Source: Malacoraja senta (lineage: Eukaryota). Taken from it: a DNA stretch of 64,000 nucleotides. Numbering within the stretch: position 1 is the first letter of the stretch; every line of letters starts with the position of its first letter. The stretch lies in contig CM075990.1 in assembly GCA_038087875.1 (NCBI GenBank), positions 15,750,001 through 15,814,000 of the forward strand, given 5' to 3'. Both the position numbers and the translations under genes were made by a program. A model generated the notes under the pieces. The model was not told where the DNA came from and did not search any database. It worked only from the letters and a program-made list of their open reading frames with translations. Shown piece after piece: positions 60,525 through 64,000 of this stretch.

Positions 60525-61072
60525 GTCCAGAACCCTAGTGAGACCACACCTGGAGTATTGTGTGCAGTTTTGCTCCCCTAATTTGAGGAAGGACACTCTT
60601 GCTATTGAGGGAGTGCAGCGTAGGTTTACAAGGTTAATTCCCGGGATGGCGGGACTGTCATATGCTGAGAGAATGGAGCGGCTGGGCATGTACACTCTGG
60701 AGTTTAGAAGGATGAGAGGGAATCTTATTGAAACATATAAGATTGTTAAGGACTTGGACACGCTAGAGGCAGGAAACATGTTCCCGATGTTGGGGGAGTC
60801 CAGAACCAGGGCCACTGTTTAAGAATAAGGGGTAAGCCATTTAGAACGGAGACGAGGAAACACTTTTTCTCACAGAGAGTGGTGAGTCTGTGGAATTCTC
60901 TGCCTCAGAGGGCGGTGAAGGCCGGTTCTCTGGATACTTTCAAGAGAGAGCTAGATAGGGCTCTTAAAGATAGCGGAGTCAGGGGAGATTTGGAGAAGGC
61001 AGGAATGGGGTACTGATTGGGGATGATCAGTCATGATCACATTGAATGGCGGTGCTGGCTCGAAGGGCCGAA
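60525..61072 (+). mobile_element. CR1 3' fragment
   Basis: LVRPHLEYCVQF...IEGVQRRFTRLIPGM...LEFRRMRGNLIETYK. Confidence 0.92.
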
Positions 61073-61919
61073 TATTTCCCCCACATGGGCTGAACAATCA
61101 TGTTGGGTGGTGAGTGGCTGAAGGTTGCAAAAACCCAGTCAGTAATTTTATTGAAAGTTTGAGTTTCACCTTGTCTCTGAAAGCAAAGTCAGAACTTTCT
61201 AGAGTGTTTGAATGCAGCCAAGGTCCAATTCAATTATGAAAAGCAGTTCATTATCCCACTGAAAAAGTTGCTGACACAATTGGAACTAATTTCTTCCTGT
61301 AGTAAATCTGCCTGGAGGAGAATTTCTCCACTCCTTTACCTCAGATTTAAAACTTCTTCACTGTCAAATCATGATAAATCAAAATGCATCGTTGCAGTGA
61401 CAAAATACATACTTAAATTATCTCAGTGCTGGGGTATATTGGAACTTAGAACAGTACAGCAAAGGAACAGGTCCTTCAGCCCTCCATATCTGTGTAATTC
61501 CAGCGTAATTCCAATTTAAACTAACATCTTCTGCCTGCACGTGATTCATATCTCTCCATTCTCTACATATCCGCGTGCTGATCTAAAAGCCTCTTAAATA
61601 CCACTGTCTTATTATGGACTCCAATCACAATAGCTGTTACGAAGAAGAGTCCCACCTAAACCATCAGCTATCCATGTTCTCCAGTGATGCTGCCTGACCC
61701 GCCGAGTTACTCCAGCATTTTGTGTCTATCATACCTGTCCTTGTTGTACATTAAACTGTTTAACCTTACAAATAGCACCATTTTGTTTCTGCTTTATGGT
61801 GAGCTTAATCCCTAATTTTTGTTCTGTGCTTTCATTTTTGTTATCCTCATCTCAAAATATGTTCTATGTAGAGAGCCATAGATACGGAAACAGGCCCTTT
61901 GGCCCAACTTTGGTCGACG

Positions 61920-62435
61920 GGTGGTGCCGCGAGCCGGCAGCCTCGCCTGCAGCTGTTCGGCCTTTCCACTTTTTGTTTGTGTTCCGAATGCTGGCCCGCG
62001 GACTATGACATCCTGAAGCTGCAGTCTGCAGAGCTTCTAGCCACGGGCACTTTAAGAGCTCCGACCGTCGGCCTGTGGCCTATAACATCGTGAAGACACG
62101 GTCTCCGGTAGGAAGCGTCCGATTCGAGACATCCAAGCCGTGGAATGTCCGTCCGTCCCGACGTCGGTCATTCGAGCATGCCGACGCGAGGGCCTCTACA
62201 TCCATAGCGGCGACTGCGGATGGTTCATGGCCCTGACCACGGATGAACAAAGGACGAGGACTGACAGAGTTATTGCCTTCCACCACAGTGAAGAATGTTG
62301 ATTCCACTGTGGTGGATGTTCACGTTATATTCTATTGTGTATTGTGTTCTTTTGTTGGTGTGGCTGCATGGTAAATCAAATTCCACAGGACCTTAATTGG
62401 TGCATGTGGCAATAAATGTGAACCTGAACTTGAAC
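61920..62435 (+). mobile_element. Non-LTR 3' UTR fragment, GC-rich
   Basis: Ends caataaatgtgaacctgaacttgaac. Same family as 16800-17070. Confidence 0.6.
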
Positions 62436-62509
62436 TAGTCCACGCCAACCCATCTACACTAGTCCTTCCGGCCCGTGTTTGGTCCACATCCCTCTAAACC
62501 TTTCTTATC

Positions 62510-62783
62510 GGGCGGCACAGTGGCGCAGTGGTAGAGTTGCAACGCCAGAGACCCGGGTTCGATCCTGACTTCCGGTGCTGTCCGTATGGGGTGTCTACGT
62601 TCTCCATGTGACCACGTGGGTTTTCTCTGGGTGCTCCGGTTTCCTCCCACATTCCAAGGACCTGCAGGTTTGTAGGTTAATTGTCCCATGTGTGGAGGAT
62701 TGAACTAGTGTCCGGGCGATTGTTGGTCAGCGTGGACTCGGTGGGCCAAAGGACCTGTTTTCATGCTATATCTCAAAACTAAA
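62510..62783 (+). mobile_element. HE1/V-SINE
   Basis: gggcggcacagtggcgcagtgg head, B box and core. Confidence 0.85.
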
Positions 62784-63289
62784 CCTGTCCATGTACCTGT
62801 CCAAATGGCTTGTAAATGGTGTTGTTATGTTGTAATTCGTTTATTCACAGGGTGTACATGTCACTGCCAAGGCCTTTTGGACTGGGTGGCTTATTGGGTC
62901 AGTGTAGAGGGTAACGTGGAGACAGCATTGGTAGTAGATCTGGCGTCAATATAAACCACACTGGGTAAGGACACCACACGTTCACTCCCAAAGAACTAGA
63001 TAGATTTTTTACAAGGTCCACCTAACTGACACAAAATGTTTTTCTTCCAAATTTAATAAATTACTTGAACTTAAATTTAACAATTGCCACAGTGGGAATT
63101 GCTAAATACATAGTCATAGCCGCCAGCTACCAGTCAAGTCACATAATCACTATGGTATTGTACCATAGGCATGGGGAGACTCAGTCTCATATCATCGTTC
63201 CACACCTGATCCATATTCCTTCCACTGCTCTCCTGACAAGACATTATGGTACAGGATACCCACGCCCCACTGAGAAAAGCAAGTTCAAC

Positions 63290-63722
63290 ATACTTGGCTT
63301 ATACTCGCTAGAATTTAGGAGATTGAGAGGGGATCTTATAGAAACGTACAAAATTCTTATGGGGTTGGACAGGCTAGATGCAGGAAGATTGTTCCCGATG
63401 TTGGGGAAGTCCAGGACAAGGGGTCACAGCTTCAGGATAAGGGGGAAATCCTTTAAGACCGAGATGAGGAAAAACTTTTTCACACAGAGAGTGGTGAATC
63501 TCTGGAACTCTCTGCCACAGAGGGTAGTTGAGGCCAGTTCATTGGCTATATTTAAGAGGGAGTTAGATGTGGCCCTTGTGGCTAAAGGGATCAGGGGGTA
63601 TGGAGAGAAGGTAGGTATGGGATACCGAGTTGGATGATCAGCCATGATCATATTGAATGGCGGTGCAGGCTCGAAGGGCCGAATGGCCTACTCCTGCACC
63701 TATTTTCTATGTATCTATGTAT
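63290..63722 (+). mobile_element. CR1 3' fragment (subfamily B)
   Basis: LGLYSLEFRRLRGDLIETYKIL...WNSLPQRVVEA. Confidence 0.92.
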
Positions 63723-64000
63723 TTGCATCTTTGTAACGAAACAAGAGTTCTTGAGACTGAAATAAAGTCAATAAAAAGCTTCCCACTGGAACAGTCAATG
63801 GATTTAAATAGCAGGAACTTGCCGAGCCGAATGCCTTCCGTTTCAGCAGAGGTGTAGTTCTGTTTAACCAAATCACACAATCTAGCTGATGTAAAATGGA
63901 AACCCTGAGATTAATGAGAGTCTGGTTTGTGAAAGTGAGGGATGTCTGCAGACTGGTGATACACTGCAATTCTCACGATCAGAAAAAAATGTATTTCTTC

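Larger units (their letters stand above)
41561..64000 (-). other. KCNMA1: Inferred KCNMA1 intron 1 (partial)
   Basis: Lies upstream of the exon on the minus strand. No exon-1 peptide (MWWAFLASSMVTFFGG-like) was seen in the window. Confidence 0.75.

Noticed and set aside
63065..63637. 190-aa ORF and other RT-like ORFs as host genes or active LINEs
   Set aside because: They are 5'-truncated CR1 or Rex fragments without a full RT or endonuclease.

Overview
This is repeat-rich vertebrate genomic DNA. The repeat families (HE1/V-SINE, HER1-type CR1, Penelope-like, Rex/Babar, a SacSINE1-like relic) point to a cartilaginous fish, probably a skate or ray. The only host coding sequence I can support is one 165-nt minus-strand exon at 41396-41560. 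It encodes the S0-S1 linker of the BK channel and is equivalent to KCNMA1/Slo1 exon 2. The rest of the window is inferred to be intron 1 (right of the exon) and intron 2 (left of it). A ~7.5-7.9 kb block occurs twice (12915-20451 and 20652-28560) either side of a 200-N gap, most likely as a haplotype false duplication. The most interesting non-coding signals are: many Penelope-derived fold-back inserts carrying minimal hammerhead-ribozyme-like cores (one intact on the pre-mRNA strand ~410 nt upstream of the exon), an internally deleted bipartite RTE with a TSD, three PIF/Harbinger-type MITEs, a Helitron-like element, several locally templated insertions, and near-identical inverted CR1 pairs. 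Repeat family names come from recalled consensus features, not database searches, and repeat boundaries are approximate.
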